Shown: piece by piece, positions 27,470-41,897 of the stretch
Layout: each line of letters opens with the position of its first letter
Position numbering within the stretch: position 1 is the stretch's first letter
The notes under the pieces: generated by a model
Databases searched by the model: none
The model's input: only the letters and a program-made list of their open reading frames with translations
What the model was told of the DNA's origin: nothing
Program-made: the position numbers and the translations under genes
Source of the DNA: Octopus vulgaris
Lineage: Eukaryota
Direction: 5' to 3'
Assembly: GCA_951406725.2 (NCBI GenBank)
Contig: OX597840.1
Coordinates: 21,018,001 to 21,082,000, forward strand
DNA length: 64,000 nt

Positions 27470-28125
27470 CTCTATCTATCTATCTTATTCTTCTCGCTTT
27501 CTCCCTCTCTCTGGTTTCTCTATCTGTCTATTTTCTCTCCCACTCCTCCTTCCTTGCTCTTGCATGCACTCTCTCTCCTCTCTTTCATTTTTTCTCTCTC
27601 TCTCTCTGTATTTCTATCTTTGTCTAATTTCTCTATTTTCTCACTCTCTCGCTATTTTTTCTCCCACTCCTCCCTCCTTGCTCTTGCTTGCACTGTCTTT
27701 CCCTCTCTTTCTTCTTTCTCTCTCTATGTATTTCTATCTTTCTCTCTCTCTCTCTATTTACTCTCTGTCTATTTTCTCACTCTCTCTCTATTTTCTTTCC
27801 CACTCCTCCTTTCTTGCTTTCGCTTGCACACTCTCTCTTTCTTTTTACTCTCTCTCTGTATTTCTATCTTTGTCTATTTTCTCTCACTCTCTCGCTATTT
27901 TTTCTCCCACTCTTCCTTCCTTGCTCTTGCTTGCATTCTCTCTCCCTCTCTTTCTTTTTTCTCTGTCTTTGTATTTCTATCTTTCTCTCGCTCTTTCTTT
28001 TTACTCTCTCTGTGTTTCATTCTTTCTCTCACTCTCGCTCTCTCTCTGTTTCGTTCTGTCTTTCGCTCCCACTCTGTCCCTCACTCTCTCTCTCTGTTTC
28101 TTTGTCTTTCTCTTTCTTTCTCTAT
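27470..28125. repeat. CT-rich degenerate tandem repeat just upstream of the ARID2 start (GA-rich on the gene strand)
   Basis: Recurring tctctgtatttctatcttt and ttttctcccactcctcc units. Confidence 0.85.
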
Positions 28126-28318
28126 GGCCGATCGATTGTTCTAGCTGGAAGGGAAGAAGAAGAAGCAGGCCATATACACTAAAATATACTAAATACTAAA
28201 ATACAAAAAAATACACATGTATCACAGACACATAAATATATATACACACATATATGCACATTATACATGCACACATATTTAAGTACACATTTAAATATAT
28301 ATATACACACATATTTAA

Positions 28319-28366
<48 letters not shown>

Positions 28367-28445
28367 TATATGTGTGTGCATATATATATATATATATATA
28401 CACACACATATTTAAATATGTATATATATACACACACATATTTAA

Positions 28446-28488
<43 letters not shown>

Positions 28489-29021
28489 CATATTTAAATA
28501 TGTATATATATGTATATATATATACATATATATACACACTTATACGCAAACACACACACGCGCATACATTGTATACCCATACACTCACACCTACACGCAC
28601 ATATACATCTTCAATATACCGGGAAAGACCGATGAACATGGAAAGACAATAATGATGATAATACTAATAATAATAATAGTAATAGTAATATAGTTGTTAA
28701 ATAATAGTATTTATTATTGGAAGGGAATAAAATAATAAATATATACAGAGAGAGAGAGAAAGATAGCTTTAGGTTAGGGATACATTGAAGGAAAAATATG
28801 AGTGGAACCCTCACAAATCTTTGTATTTGTGATGTGTGTGCCATACATTGTAGACTTTTATATTGCGTGTGTGTATGTTTGTGTGTGGCAGTCATCTGTG
28901 TATAGTATGTATGTATATATATATATATAAATGAATGTATGTGTGAGTGTGTGTGACTGCCATACTGTTAGTATGTGTGCGCGCGCCACTCAATGTATAG
29001 TATGTGTATGTGTCATACATT

Positions 29022-29280
29022 GTAGACTTTTATACATTGTGTTTTGTGTGTGTATTTGAGTGTCTGTGTCCAGTCAATGTATGGTTTGTGTAGATAAATA
29101 TACACATAGACTTTTATATATTGTGTTTGTGTGTGTATTTCAGTGTCTGTGCGTGAGTTAGTCAATGTATGGTTTGTGTAGATAAATATACACATAGACT
29201 TTTATACATTGTGTTTGTGTGTGTATTTCAGTGTCTGTGTGTGAGTCAGTCAATGTATGGTTTGTGTAGATAAATAAATA
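29022..29280. repeat. Minisatellite, 3 copies of ~85 bp
   Basis: Unit tagacttttata(c/t)attgtgtttgtgtgtgtattt(c/g)agtgtctgtg...gtcaatgtatggtttgtgtagataaata. Confidence 0.9.
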
Positions 29281-29647
29281 TGCACGTGTGTGTGCCATAC
29301 ATTATAGAATTCTATACAAAAAAGTCGATGTGTGTTTGTGGCAGTCATTCGTGTATTGTATGTGTATGGCGATACATATGCCTGTATGCGTGTACTGTTC
29401 TATATACTTATCGGTCTGTGCCATACATTGTAGACTTTTGTACTATGTGTGTTTGTGTTGTATACGTTTAGTCATTAGGATATTGTATATGCAGGTAAAT
29501 GCGCGTGTTGCCGAGTTTGTGTTAAAGTAACTTGGTGTATAACAGTGCATATATATCTATAAAGGTAGACAGTAATATATCAGCGTATATTCAATTATAT
29601 ATATACGTCTGCATACGTAGAGATACACACATTTGTGTAGCTGTGGC

Positions 29648-29709
<62 letters not shown>

Positions 29710-30239
29710 CATACATACATACATACACACATTGTGTGTATCTGTGCAACAGAGAGGGAAATTAAAACTGCATATGTTGTGAACTTAGAATATGTGTTTA
29801 TGAATAAAAGTTTAATAACGATAATCAGTTCGAGCTGCTGTACAGACAGATGTCCGTGAGGGAATAGATTTTGAATTTATGAATTGTTCCAATACTAAGT
29901 GCATGATACATATATACACACACACACACGCGCGCATACATGTGTGAGTGTGGGTGTTTGTATGTATGTATATATATATATATATGGAGTCTACACTGGT
30001 CATGTCATATGAAACGTATAAATTTACAATTTATTTCCTTTATCTCTTGTTTATCTATTCTATAAGTGTTTGCTAAATCTTTTATACGTGTCTGTTCATC
30101 CAAGCACTGCTCCCACCCTGGGGCACTCACATCATTCATTGACCTTTTTATCAACCATTCTAACACATCTATATTATGACTTATCCCCTTCACTATGTCA
30201 TAATATTTTATAGACTATTTGTTTTCTTTTATAATCTTC

Positions 30240-31183
30240 CGCAGAAAGTTTTATAGAAGTGAAAAAAATATATAGAAGCGTGCGGCCGGGGGTTCTTCCA
30301 TATCGATCTATCGATCACCTTATAATTATTATTTCTATGATATTGCACTGGTTCCGGCAGACGCGCGAGAGGTGAGCTGCCCTGCCCCGGCGGTGTGTGT
30401 GACAGGGGCCTTGTTTATGTGAAGTAGTGTAGAAAAGAGTAGAGTAAAAGTCAGTCACCCCCAGCCATTCATTGAGTAAAATAATGTGTTTTGGATGGAA
30501 GGGAAAAGCCATCGTGAAATGGACGCCGAGACAGAATGGCGAACACACGAACACAGAGAGAGAGAGAACGAACTGTGTGTATAGGTTTAATATAAGATAG
30601 CAGCATTGAGAAAATTAAGCGATCCATCTCTAATCAACGTACAAAATATAATGAACCACGCTCGCAACACATTCAGAATTTATAAAAGGGTGTCAGGCAG
30701 GATATTGTCTATCGGTTTCACCCGGCTGACCGGCTGGCAACCTTAAAGCAAAGAACAAAATAATTACAATCATCAAATATACAAGCTGTGCACGTCTTTC
30801 GTGAGCACATCTTGGACTATTATCTTTATAGAACTCGTGTTTATTGTCTATGCTATATTTTATTATATTATACTAAATATATATATGGGTGTGTATATAT
30901 ATATATGTATATACTTTCATTTCTTTTCACGACAGCCATGCTGGGGCACCGCCTTGAAGGGGTTTTGGTCGGATTAATAAACCCCAGTGCTTTTTGCTAA
31001 GCCTGGTACTTAATCTGTCGGTCTCTCTCTCTCTCTCCATATATATATATATGCATGATATATATAATCATGCATATATAAATATAAAATATATATTATG
31101 AATATATAATATATATATATATAATTTAAATACACACATATATACACATACACACACATATATATATACACACATATATATAT

Positions 31184-31234
<51 letters not shown>

Positions 31235-31251
31235 TATATACACACATATAT

Positions 31252-31287
<36 letters not shown>

Positions 31288-31720
31288 GTATATGTATATA
31301 TTCAAAATGGCTGCCACCAGTTCTAACGTTCCGCTTTTTCACTCCACCGAAAATATCTTAAAGCTTTCATACTTTTCCGTCAACCTTCGCCACTTCCCGT
31401 CGCTTCGTAGCATTTTTTTCCTTTTTGTTGTTTTTTTTCTTTACATATTTAAAACATAATTATTAATATGGTAGAAGATATTACCATTACGACGATATTT
31501 AAATTTTTTTTTTTTTTCCATTATTTTACAATAATTATTATTATTACTATTTTTCGGTAATATTTTTATGTTTACTTTTCAACGGGGACACACAGCGAGA
31601 AAAATATACAAGTTCTATATTTTGGTTTTTCTTTAAAGTCAGCCACAAAGACTTCACAGTTCTGTCGTTAAGTACTATTACAGACGTTGGAGCGTACACT
31701 CGCACTCTCCCCCTCTCTGT
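30240..31720. promoter_or_regulatory. Candidate promoter region upstream of ARID2 (possibly divergent)
   Basis: CpG-retaining unique blocks (30275-30410, 30640-30740, 31300-31410, 31640-31710), a YY1-type aaaATGGCtgcc motif at ~31304, and few SINEs from ~24.5 to 31.9 kb. The TSS cannot be placed. Confidence 0.35.
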
Positions 31721-32107
31721 CTTTCACTCTCTCTCTTTCCCTCTCCCTCTTTCTCTGTGTCTCTCTCTCTCTTACTCATACACGTTCTATTTATCTCTCG
31801 CTCTCCTTTTCTCTTTCTCTCTAAATCATAACCTTAACCTAACTACATATTAATATACATGTATTCATATATATATATTTATATGTATATATATATATAG
31901 TATATTGTACATATGCATAAGTTTGCGGCGCGCATACACTTTATTCTTCCTCCTTTTCGTTTCAGCCAGCGGCGGCCATGCTGGGGCATTGCCTCAGCCG
32001 AAATTGCGAGGATGATCCGGTTCTTGACTGAAGATTAGAGGCTTCGAATGACCCCCTCCGTGTTTTTTGTATCGTCTATTTGAATGTTTTGCGTTCTTGT
32101 CCCATTT

Positions 32108-32152
<45 letters not shown>

Positions 32153-32774
32153 GTAGATATACATATATGTATATAATTAATTATAATTATATGCAGCATT
32201 TAGAAATACAGCATTTATATATTGGAAGGTTTGGAGATGATGTACAGGTATTATATATATATATATATATATACCGTATTTCGTCTGTCGTTACGTTCTG
32301 AGTTCAAATTCCGCCGAGGTCGACTTTGCCTTTCATCCTTTCGGGGTCGATAAATAAATTACCAGTTTCGCACTGGGATCGATGTAATCGACTTAATCTC
32401 TTTGTCTATCCTTGTTTGTCCCCTCTATGTTTAGCCCCTTGTGGGCAGTAAAGAAATATATGTGTGTGTGTGTGTGTGTAATCATGCGCCCTTCAAAATA
32501 GGAATGCAGTCGTAATAAGCATGTCTAGCATTTAGGGAGAGGGCAACGAAACCCGTCTCCTCTCAGGTCTAACCTGCAGTCGACTTCTTCCTGAAATCCC
32601 TCAGGAATGGAAGCCTGTACAGAGCTGGTACTTTAAAGGCCCTGACGGCATGAAAGGCTAAGCTTATTGACCTTACAGAACGATTACCAAGTTAACCCTC
32701 CGACGCTCTACTGACTACACCAATTATATGGATGAGTGAATAGATGAATGCGTGTGTGTGTATAAATATATATA

Positions 32775-33380
32775 CTCTTTACTCTTTTACTTGTTTCAGT
32801 CATTTGACTGCGGCCATGCTGGAGCACCGCCTTTAGTCGAGCAACTCAACCCCGGGACTTATTCATTGTGAGCCCAGTACTTATTCTATCGGTCTCTTTT
32901 GCCGAACCGCTAAGTAACGGGGACATAAACACACCAGCATCGGTTGTCAAACAATGTTGGGGGGACAAACACACACATGCATATATACACACATATATAC
33001 GACGCGCATCTTTCAGTTTTCATCTACCAAATCCACTCACAAGGCATTGGTCGGCCCGTGGCTATAGCAGAAGACACTTGCCCAAGGTGCCACGCAGTGA
33101 GACTGAACCCGGAACCATGTGGTTGGTAAACATGGTCCCGGGTTCCCTTCTGCTATAACTTCGGGCCAACCAAAGCCTCGTGAGTGGGTTTGGTGGACGG
33201 AAACTGAAAGAAGCCCGTTCTATATATATATGTGTGTGTAGATGTTTGTCGCTTGACAACTGATGTTGGTGTGTTTACATCCCCGGCAAAAGAGACCGAT
33301 AGGAAAAATACTAGGTTTACAGAGAATAAGTCCTAGAGTGTTCCAGCATGGCCGCAGTCAAATGACTGAAACAAGTACAT
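32775..33380. mobile_element. Two SINE family 1 copies fused head-to-head
   Basis: Minus copy 32775-33128 abuts plus copy 33130-33380 at gaacccggaaccatgtggttggtaaacatggtcccgggttc. Confidence 0.8.
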
Positions 33381-33498
33381 GAATATATATATATATATAC
33401 ATATATATAGTCCGACTATGGCTTAACTGGTCTTCGAAATCGCTATTAACAATATTCTATTTTTTTTACATTTGACGCATATTTGTCCTCATTGATCA

Positions 33499-33578
33499 TG
33501 CCAAACGGTTTCGCACCAGGGATTCAACAGAGTGTTGTGTAACGGTCCGATTATGTAACCCAGCGCTCTTCAGAGGTA
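33499..33578 (-). ncRNA. Degenerate type I hammerhead motif
   Basis: TACCT CTGAAGA GCGCT...GGTGC GAAA CCG TT TGGCA: core intact, stem II with wobbles, stem I partly mismatched. Confidence 0.45.
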
Positions 33579-34454
33579 GTTGTTATGAAATGAAATATAG
33601 CAGTAGTCGTTCGTTGTGGCTGATCAGAAAGTCACCATTGGGTTTCACTTCGAATATTGCTCTTAACAATATAGGAAACCCAGTTTTTCTTGAAGGGTTC
33701 GGCTAAACAAACGAAAGCGCTAATAAAGGATTATCCAAAATTCTGACAGCCTCATTTTTCTAAATATGTGTGTGTGTGTAGAGAGAGAGAGGGTTGGGGG
33801 GGGGGATAAATAGATAGATAGATTCATTAGGAGCTATACATTACGAAACTCACTACATAGATGTGCAGTATTCTTTGTTCTCTAACACATTCCAGTCCTC
33901 TCGTATACAAGTTTCTGATCCTTATATTTCCAACCCTCTGCTGCCTAATGGCCATGCCCACACAAAAGGATTTGGGAGTAAACCTTAATAGGGCAAAGCC
34001 GATTCCCTATTAGGAATATTAATATACAATTATAACGTCGTAAGGTTGTTCCGACGTTATATTTTTACATGGTTCTGCCTATTTCTGGTACCAAAACGCA
34101 TCTAGAAGCTCCCTTACCATTCTTTTAGTGTAACATTGCTTTTGTGGAGAAAGAAGACTTGCTGCGTGAGCAACTGCTGGTCTTACTCGGCATCTGTACC
34201 TTAGTGAAGACATACATGCCAGCATCGCTTCACGGTGGTTGAACATTGCAGAAAGCAGCAGTCAACCGCAGTATATATAAATGTGTGCGTGCGTGTGTAT
34301 GTATTCTGTTTTGATGTATAATTACTCTGCAAAAATATTTTCCACTATCTTCATCTCTTTTTGCATACCTCCCACAACATTTACACATACGGATTTGGAT
34401 TACTGCAATAAGCAGACATGCCTAGATTAACCTTATCTACTTTATATACATGTG

Positions 34455-34485
<31 letters not shown>

Positions 34486-34552
34486 ACACACACACATGTA
34501 GAACGATGGAATGAGTGCTCAACACCGCATAAAGAAATTATGTGTGCATATG

Positions 34553-34613
<61 letters not shown>

Positions 34614-35419
34614 TATATATGTATATGTGTATATATATATGTGTGTGTGTGTATAATGTTGAGCATAATATATATAATATATAATATATATATATTGTAT
34701 TTATATAGATACATATATATATACACATTGTGCATATTTCTCCGTATATGTAGGTATGCATGTGTGTATGTATGTATGTATGTATAGATAGATAGATAGA
34801 TATAAATACAATATATATACACAATACGTATTGTATTAGGACGCCACTATACTCTCTAACCTTCCCTACACACACACACACACACATACATATGTATTAC
34901 AAGTGTGTATATACATATATGTGTGTGTTCAAGAGTGCGTGAATGTACGTTTGAATTTACAAAGGACAAAAGTGTGTGCGTGCGTGTCCACGCGTGTGTG
35001 TGTGTGTGTGTGTGCGTGCGTTTTCTTCCACATCCATCTATAATTAATATCATTTAAATATTCAAAAATTATTTATTATCAATAATTTATGAGAAAAATA
35101 ATTCCAAAAATTATTCAAAATTACTACATTTATTTTTGAAATATTTAAATATTTAAATAACGTAATCTCCAACCAATCCGTAATATACAACACATATCTA
35201 TCGAAATGATTATAAATTATATAGATAGCACTATATGGTATATCTATAAATATTGTATATATACAACAAAGCCATATGAGGCGGGGGGGAGGGGAATATT
35301 ATATATATATAGAGAGAGATAGTTTAACGAGTGAAGTCGCAACAGTCGGCAAGCCATAGTATACTGACCCAGTTTCTATGGAACAAGGAACAGTAACTCA
35401 TCGCATCAACGACCCCTGC

Positions 35420-36765
35420 ACTATTTCCTCTTCCTCTCACCCTTTCTTTTCCTGTTTTCTTTCTTCCTTCTCTACTATCTCTCTCTCTTTTTCCCCCTCC
35501 TCTCTATATTCTTTCTATTTCTCTCTTTCTCACGCGCTTACTCTCCCTCTCTCATTCTTTTATTCCTTTTCTGCTTTCTCTTTCTCTTCCCCCTCCTCTC
35601 TATATTCTTTCTATTTCTCACGCGCTTACTCTCCCTCTCCCTCTCTCATTCTTTCTTTCTTTTTCTTTCAAACGCGTTCTCTCTCTCTCTCTCTCTCACT
35701 TTGTTTCACTCCTTTTTCCTTTGTCTCCCTCCCTCTCTTTCTCTTTGTCCACTGGTTCTTCTTCTTTGTCTATTTCTCTCTTTCTATCACATTCTCTCTC
35801 TCTCTCTCGCTTTTTCTTTGCTTTTTCTTTGTCTCTCTTTCTCTCTTTCTATCTCGTTCTCTCTCTCTCTCTGCTCTCCTCTCTCTCTCTTTCTCTTTGT
35901 CCACTGGCTCTTCTTCTTTGTCTCTTTCTCTCTTTCTATCTCGTTCTCTCTCTCACTTTTTTCTTTGTCTCTCTCTCTCTCTCTCTCTCTGCTCCTCTCT
36001 CTTTCTTCTGTCTTTGTCTAATGCCTTCTCTTCTTTTTCCCTGTCACCCTCATTCTCTCTCTTTGTCTCTTAGTTTCCCTTTTTCTCTCCTCTTGTCTCT
36101 CATTCGCTTTTTTTTTTATTATCTTGCACCTTTGTCCTTATGTCTTTTGTCCATTACTTTCTCTCCTTTCCCCTCTCTGCTCTCTTTTTCTCTTTATTTC
36201 TCCATTCCTCTCTCTTTCTCTATGACTAATACTTTGTCGTCTCTCTCTCTCTCTTTCCTTTACACTTCCTGCTTTCTCTCGCTCTCTCGTTTAGTATCTC
36301 TCTCTTCTTTCCCCTCCACTTCTCTTCCATTTCCTTTATCACTCTCCCTCTCTCTCTATTTCTCGCTTCCCCTTCTCTCTTTATCAATTAGTTTCTCTTC
36401 CTTTTCCCGTTTATCTCTCTTTTCTTTACGCTTACAGCTCTCTCTCTCTCTCTCTCTCTCTCTTTCGTTTTCTTTCATATTTCACTTAATTTTTCTTTGG
36501 TTTCTTCTCTCTATCTTCCTCTCTTTCTATCAATCTCTTCATTTACTGCCTCTTCCTTTCTCCTTCTGTTACTCTCTGCTTATTTTCTCTATTTTCTCAT
36601 TTTCACAAATTTCTCTCTCTTCTCTCCAAAACACCTATCTATCCCCCTTGTTTCCCTTTAATTTTCTTCTTCTTCCATGTATTATCCCCTTTTCCATTCA
36701 TCCTCTTTCCCTCTCCCTCCCTCTCTCTCTCTCTCTCTCCTCTTGTCTTTCTGCTGCTCTTTACA
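35420..36765. repeat. ~1.35-kb polypyrimidine (CT-rich) tract with internal duplications
   Basis: Nearly pure C/T on the plus strand. The unit ctctttgtccactgg(t/c)tcttcttctttgtc occurs twice. Confidence 0.9.
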
Positions 36766-39700
36766 CACACACTCACACAACAGGCTTCTTTTTGTTTCCC
36801 TTCCCTGGAGCTACAGCAGAAGAAACTTGTTCAGATGGCCACACGATGGGCCTGAACCCAGAACCATGCGGTTGAGAAGCAATCTTCTTAATTTCACAGC
36901 CATGGTGCTGCTGTCTCAAAAAAGGAAGAACACATTGGATAATGAGATAATCCTAGTTACATGAATGTCTGAATAGAGGGTATGAGGTCACAGTTGGAAT
37001 GTCTCTAATTCCAGGTCTGCTTCATCAGAGCTGAATGAGGGTTAAACAATTACAGCAACAGAGTAATATCGTTTGCATGAAACATTGCCTGACATTTTAT
37101 TTTGGGATTTGGTTTGCAGGATTCTTTATGTGAGTTCGTGTGTTGAAGCGTGTTTTATTGTGTCTGGGGAAAGTCAAGCTCTGTTAGTGTTTTATTAATT
37201 TATCTTATAAGATAATAGACAAAGTCAATGACTATTGAAAAGGTTCCTGGAGACAATGCAAATTTTAGTTAAAATAAATAAGTATATGAATCTGATATAT
37301 ACTCTTTTACGTGTTTCAGTCATTTGACTGTGGCCATGCTGGAGCACCGCCTTTAGTCAAGCAAATCGACCCCAGGACTTATTCTTTGTAAACCTAGTAC
37401 TTATTCTATTGGTCTCTTTTGCCAAGCTGCTAAGTTACAGGAACATGAATACACTACCATCGGTTGTCAAACAATTTTGAGGGGACAAACACAAACATAC
37501 ATACACACACACATATATATATATATATAATATACACACATATATGATGGGCTTCTTTCAGTTTCCATCTACCAAATCCACTTACAAGTCTTTTGTCAGC
37601 TTGAGGCTATAGTAGAAGACACTCGCCCAAGGTGCCACACAGTGGGACTGAACCTGAAACCATGTGGTTGGTAAGCAATCTACTTACCACACAGCCGCTC
37701 CTACGCCTATATGTATATATATATATATATGTGTATATATATATATTAAACAATAAGTTACAAATAATGCAAGTCAATGTTTTGTACTTTTACCTTGTAC
37801 TTCAATATTTTGGGTTAGAACCCCTTCTTCAAGAAATCTTTTCTCAGCACTATTTCTCAGAAAGTTTCACCAACACCCACACCTGTCATCAAGCAGAGGT
37901 GAGAGACAAACATAGACAAAAAGACACACACACACACACAAACACATATATATGTATGTCTCTCTCTTTCTTTTACTTGTTTCAGTCATTTGACTATGGC
38001 CATGCTGGAGCATCGCCTTTTAGTCGAGCAAATCGACCCCGAGACTTATTCTTTGTAAGCCCAGTACTTATTCTATAGGTCTCTTTTGCCGAACCGCTAA
38101 GTGACGGGGATGTAAACACACCAGGGGGACAAACACAGACACACAAACACATATATATATATACATATATACGACAGGCTTCTTTCAGTTTCCGTCTACC
38201 AAATCCACTCACAAGGCATTGGTTGGCCTGGGGCTATAGCAGAAGACACTTGCCCAAGGTGCCAGCAGACTTCTTTCAGTTTCCATCTACCATTCCACTC
38301 ACAATGTTTTAGTCACCCCAATGCTATTGTAAAAGACACTTGACCAAGGTGCCATGCAGTGGGACTGAACCCAGAACCCGGAGCCATGTGGTTGGGAAGC
38401 AAGCTTCTTACCACACAGCCAAGTCTCTTTTATTTATAAGTTTACTCAAGTGCAAACACATACTTGTTCTCAAGAGTCAGTTATTTGAGTGAAGGGTCCC
38501 ACTCCACTCGATGTGATAACTCATAACACTTTAATCTAATGAAAAGGCACCAGAATCAATACACTCAAGCATATTCCGGATAATGCATTCAATAATGAAT
38601 TTGATATCATAAGATATATTGTACATCATGTGATATTCTTCACTGCCACGTGTTGCCATGGTGATTGAGTAAATGGTAAATCATAGATATAATGACATGG
38701 ATATTGTCTCGTGATATCAATATGGTAATTTGCTGCCATATAAATTATATAAATTCCTGATGTTTGTATGTGTACGTGCTTAAAACATGTGTGTGTGTGT
38801 GTAAGTATGTGTGTGTGTGTGTGTGTGTGTGTGTAAACATGTTCACAGACACCTCAAAAATAAATAGACAGGATTGTTTTTTTTACCTTTTATTTTTTTA
38901 CATTTTACTTGTTTCAGTCATTTGACTGCTGCCATGCTGGGGCATCTCCTTGAAGGGCATCTCTTTGAAGGACTTATTTCTTTTTTTTTAAGCATAGTAC
39001 TTATTCTATCAAACCTCTTTGTTGAACCGCTAAGTCATAACACAGACACACACACATAGATATATGCATAGGCACAGACATGGCTGTGTGGTAAGAAGCT
39101 TACTTCCCAACCACATAGTTCTGGGTTCATTCCTATAGCATGGCACCTTGGGCAAGTGTCTTCTGCTGTAGCCTCAGGCTAATCAAAGCCCTGTGAGTGG
39201 ATTTGGTGGTCGGAAACTGAAAGCACTGGTAAAAGAGATCAATAGAATAAGTACTAGGCTTTAAAAATAAGTCCTGGTGTCAATTTGTTCAACTACAAAA
39301 AAAACCTTCAAGGCAGTGCTCTAGCATGGCCACAGTCAAATGACTGGAACAAGTAAAAATATATATATAAATTTAATTATGCCAAGGCCCTATAATCCTT
39401 TAAGAGATGTTTGCATCCTGTTCTCCCAATTAACCAGTTTCAATATCAAAATTTTTAATTAATTTAATTTAATTTATCTAATTGAATTAATTGGTTATAG
39501 AAACGGCTGTAGGGATAAGAAATTCATATTATATTGATTTGAATATCTTTGAATAAACTGATGGCTATATGTCAATTTCTCCCTTGTCTCATTTATGTGT
39601 GCGCGTGTATTTGTATGCATACAACAGGCTTCTTTCAGTTTCTGTCTACCAAATCCATTCTCCAGGCTTTGGTCAACCTGAGATTATAGTAGATGACACT

Positions 39701-41028
39701 TGCCCAATGTACCATGCAGTGGGACTGAACCTGGAGCCATGAGGTTGCGAAGCAAGCTTCTTACCCACACAGCCACACCTGTGCCTGCTTTGTTGACAGA
39801 TTTATTTTTAGAATCAAAATAATGTATTTTGATGCGTTTAACTATTTAATCTAGCATTTCGTAGACATGCCTTGAGCAATATTTTCAATGATTAAACCCG
39901 TATCAGCAACAGACAAACGATGCAGTATCCACACACATGAAACAATTATAAAGAGATGCATCTATTTACTGTTGGGGTGTCTGTGTATATATGCATGAGT
40001 GTATGCATGTGCCTATGACTGTATACAGAAATACGTATGTAAATATACACACACTTACGTATACAAACATAGACGCACATATACATACACACATATACAA
40101 ACATACACACACATACATAAACAAACATACACACACATATATACATACACACATATATATATATATACAAACATACACACACATATATACACACACATGC
40201 ACACATACAAACATACACACACATACGTATACAAACATACACACACACATACACACATAAACAAACATACACACATACATACACACATATACATATACAA
40301 ACATACACAAATATACACAGACACACATACATACACACATACATATACAAACATATATACACATACATATACACACATACATACATATACATACATACAC
40401 ACACATATATACACACATACACACACATACACATACATATACAAACATACACGTATATACACACATATAAGAGGAACGTATTTACTTCTGAGGTGTCTGT
40501 ATATGCGTATGTGCATACATGCATGCATGCATGTTTGTGTGCATGTGCAGGTAAACATGATATGTGTATGCATGTATAGAAGTATGTGTGTGTGTATGTG
40601 TGTGTGAGCGATGAAATACAGCACAATGCTTAACAGAGATCATATCAATAATAGATAAGGGTACTACGACTACTACTACTACTACCACCACATATATATA
40701 TATATATATATATATATCTGCTTCCTAGCTACATGGTTTCGGGTTCAGTCCCACTGCGTGGCACTTTGGGCACGTGTCTTCCGCCATAGACCCGAGCCAA
40801 CCAAAGCTTTCTGATTGAATTCGGTAGGCGGGAGTTACTGCTGTGTGTGTATGTGTGCGTGTAGGCGCTCAGAGCCTCTCCGAAAGAGAGAGAGGGATAT
40901 ATATATATATATATATATATCACGTGACCGACCAGTCCATCAGATGTAGTTACACATCGCTGGTCACAATGCGTTCGCATTGTTTTTTGGCCTTCGAATG
41001 ACGCCACCCCGCTGGCTAAGCGAGCAGG

Positions 41029-41111
<83 letters not shown>

Positions 41112-41127
41112 CATATATATATATATG

Positions 41128-41705
41128 TGGCCTATGCCAGGGGTGTAACCAGCCCACTTATGCGTACCTTTCCTTCATTGGACACTAAACTCTGCTTGTG
41201 AAGACCTGTTGAGGCAAATGAAATTGAAATCGAAATCAAATTCGAGGACTGGTATCTGTGCTAGTGGAGCGCTAAGAGTACCATCCGAGAGAGATCACTA
41301 CCAGAGCAACAAGATGACCTCCATGCCAATGGCACGTAAAAAGCACCATTCAAGCGAGATCGTTGCCTGCATCGCCTTACTGGCACTTGTGCTGGTGGCA
41401 CGTGAAACATTCGAGCGAGGTCGTCACCAGGGCTGCTGGACTGGCTCCTGTGCAGGTGGCACATAAAAAGCATCATTTGATCATGGCTGTTGGCAGTACC
41501 ACCTGACTGGCCCTCATGCCAGTACCACGTAAAAGCACCCACTACACTCTCGGAGTGGTTAGCATTAGGAAGGGCATCCAGCTGTAGAAACTCTGCCAGA
41601 TCAGATTGGAGTCAAGTGCAGCCATCTGGTTCGCCAGTCCTCAGTCAAATCATCCAACCCATGCCAGCATGGAAAGTGGACGTTAAACGATGATGATGAT
41701 GATGA
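41128..41705 (+). mobile_element. LINE 3' UTR (probably RTE-type) with internal tggcacgtaaaaagcacc repeats and (GAT)n tail
   Basis: Ends ggacgttaaacgatgatgatg. Same end at 770-915, 12547-12850(-), 14160-14320, 18270-18425, 20090-20312, 22190-22325, 43675-43885, 43980-44305(-), 47690-48380 (two in tandem), 52007-52287. Confidence 0.75.
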
Positions 41706-41897
41706 TATATATATAGGTGCAGGTGTGGCTGTGTGGTACAAAACTTGCTTCTCAACCACATAGTTCTGGGTTCAGTCTCAGTGTGTGGAACCTTGAGCAA
41801 GTGTCTTCTACTGTAACCTCAGGTTGACCAAAGGCTTGTGAGTGGATTTGGTAGATTGTACCTGAAAGATGCCCATTGCATATATATATATATATGT

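Noticed and set aside
31307-31459. 50-codon plus-strand [13 protein letters not shown]...
   Set aside because: No homology recognised. The ATG is better explained as part of a YY1-type motif, and the tail is T-rich low complexity.
37800-37836. Minus-strand hammerhead-like motif TTTC TTGAAGA AGGG...CCC AAAA TATT GAAG
   Set aside because: Two core positions (C3 and G12) are mutated. Counted only as a probable relic, not listed as a feature.
41330-41545. Regularly recurring tggcacgtaaaaagcacc repeats with spacers (CRISPR-like look)
   Set aside because: Eukaryotic context, degenerate repeats, related spacers and no cas genes. These are internal repeats of a LINE 3' UTR seen in many copies.
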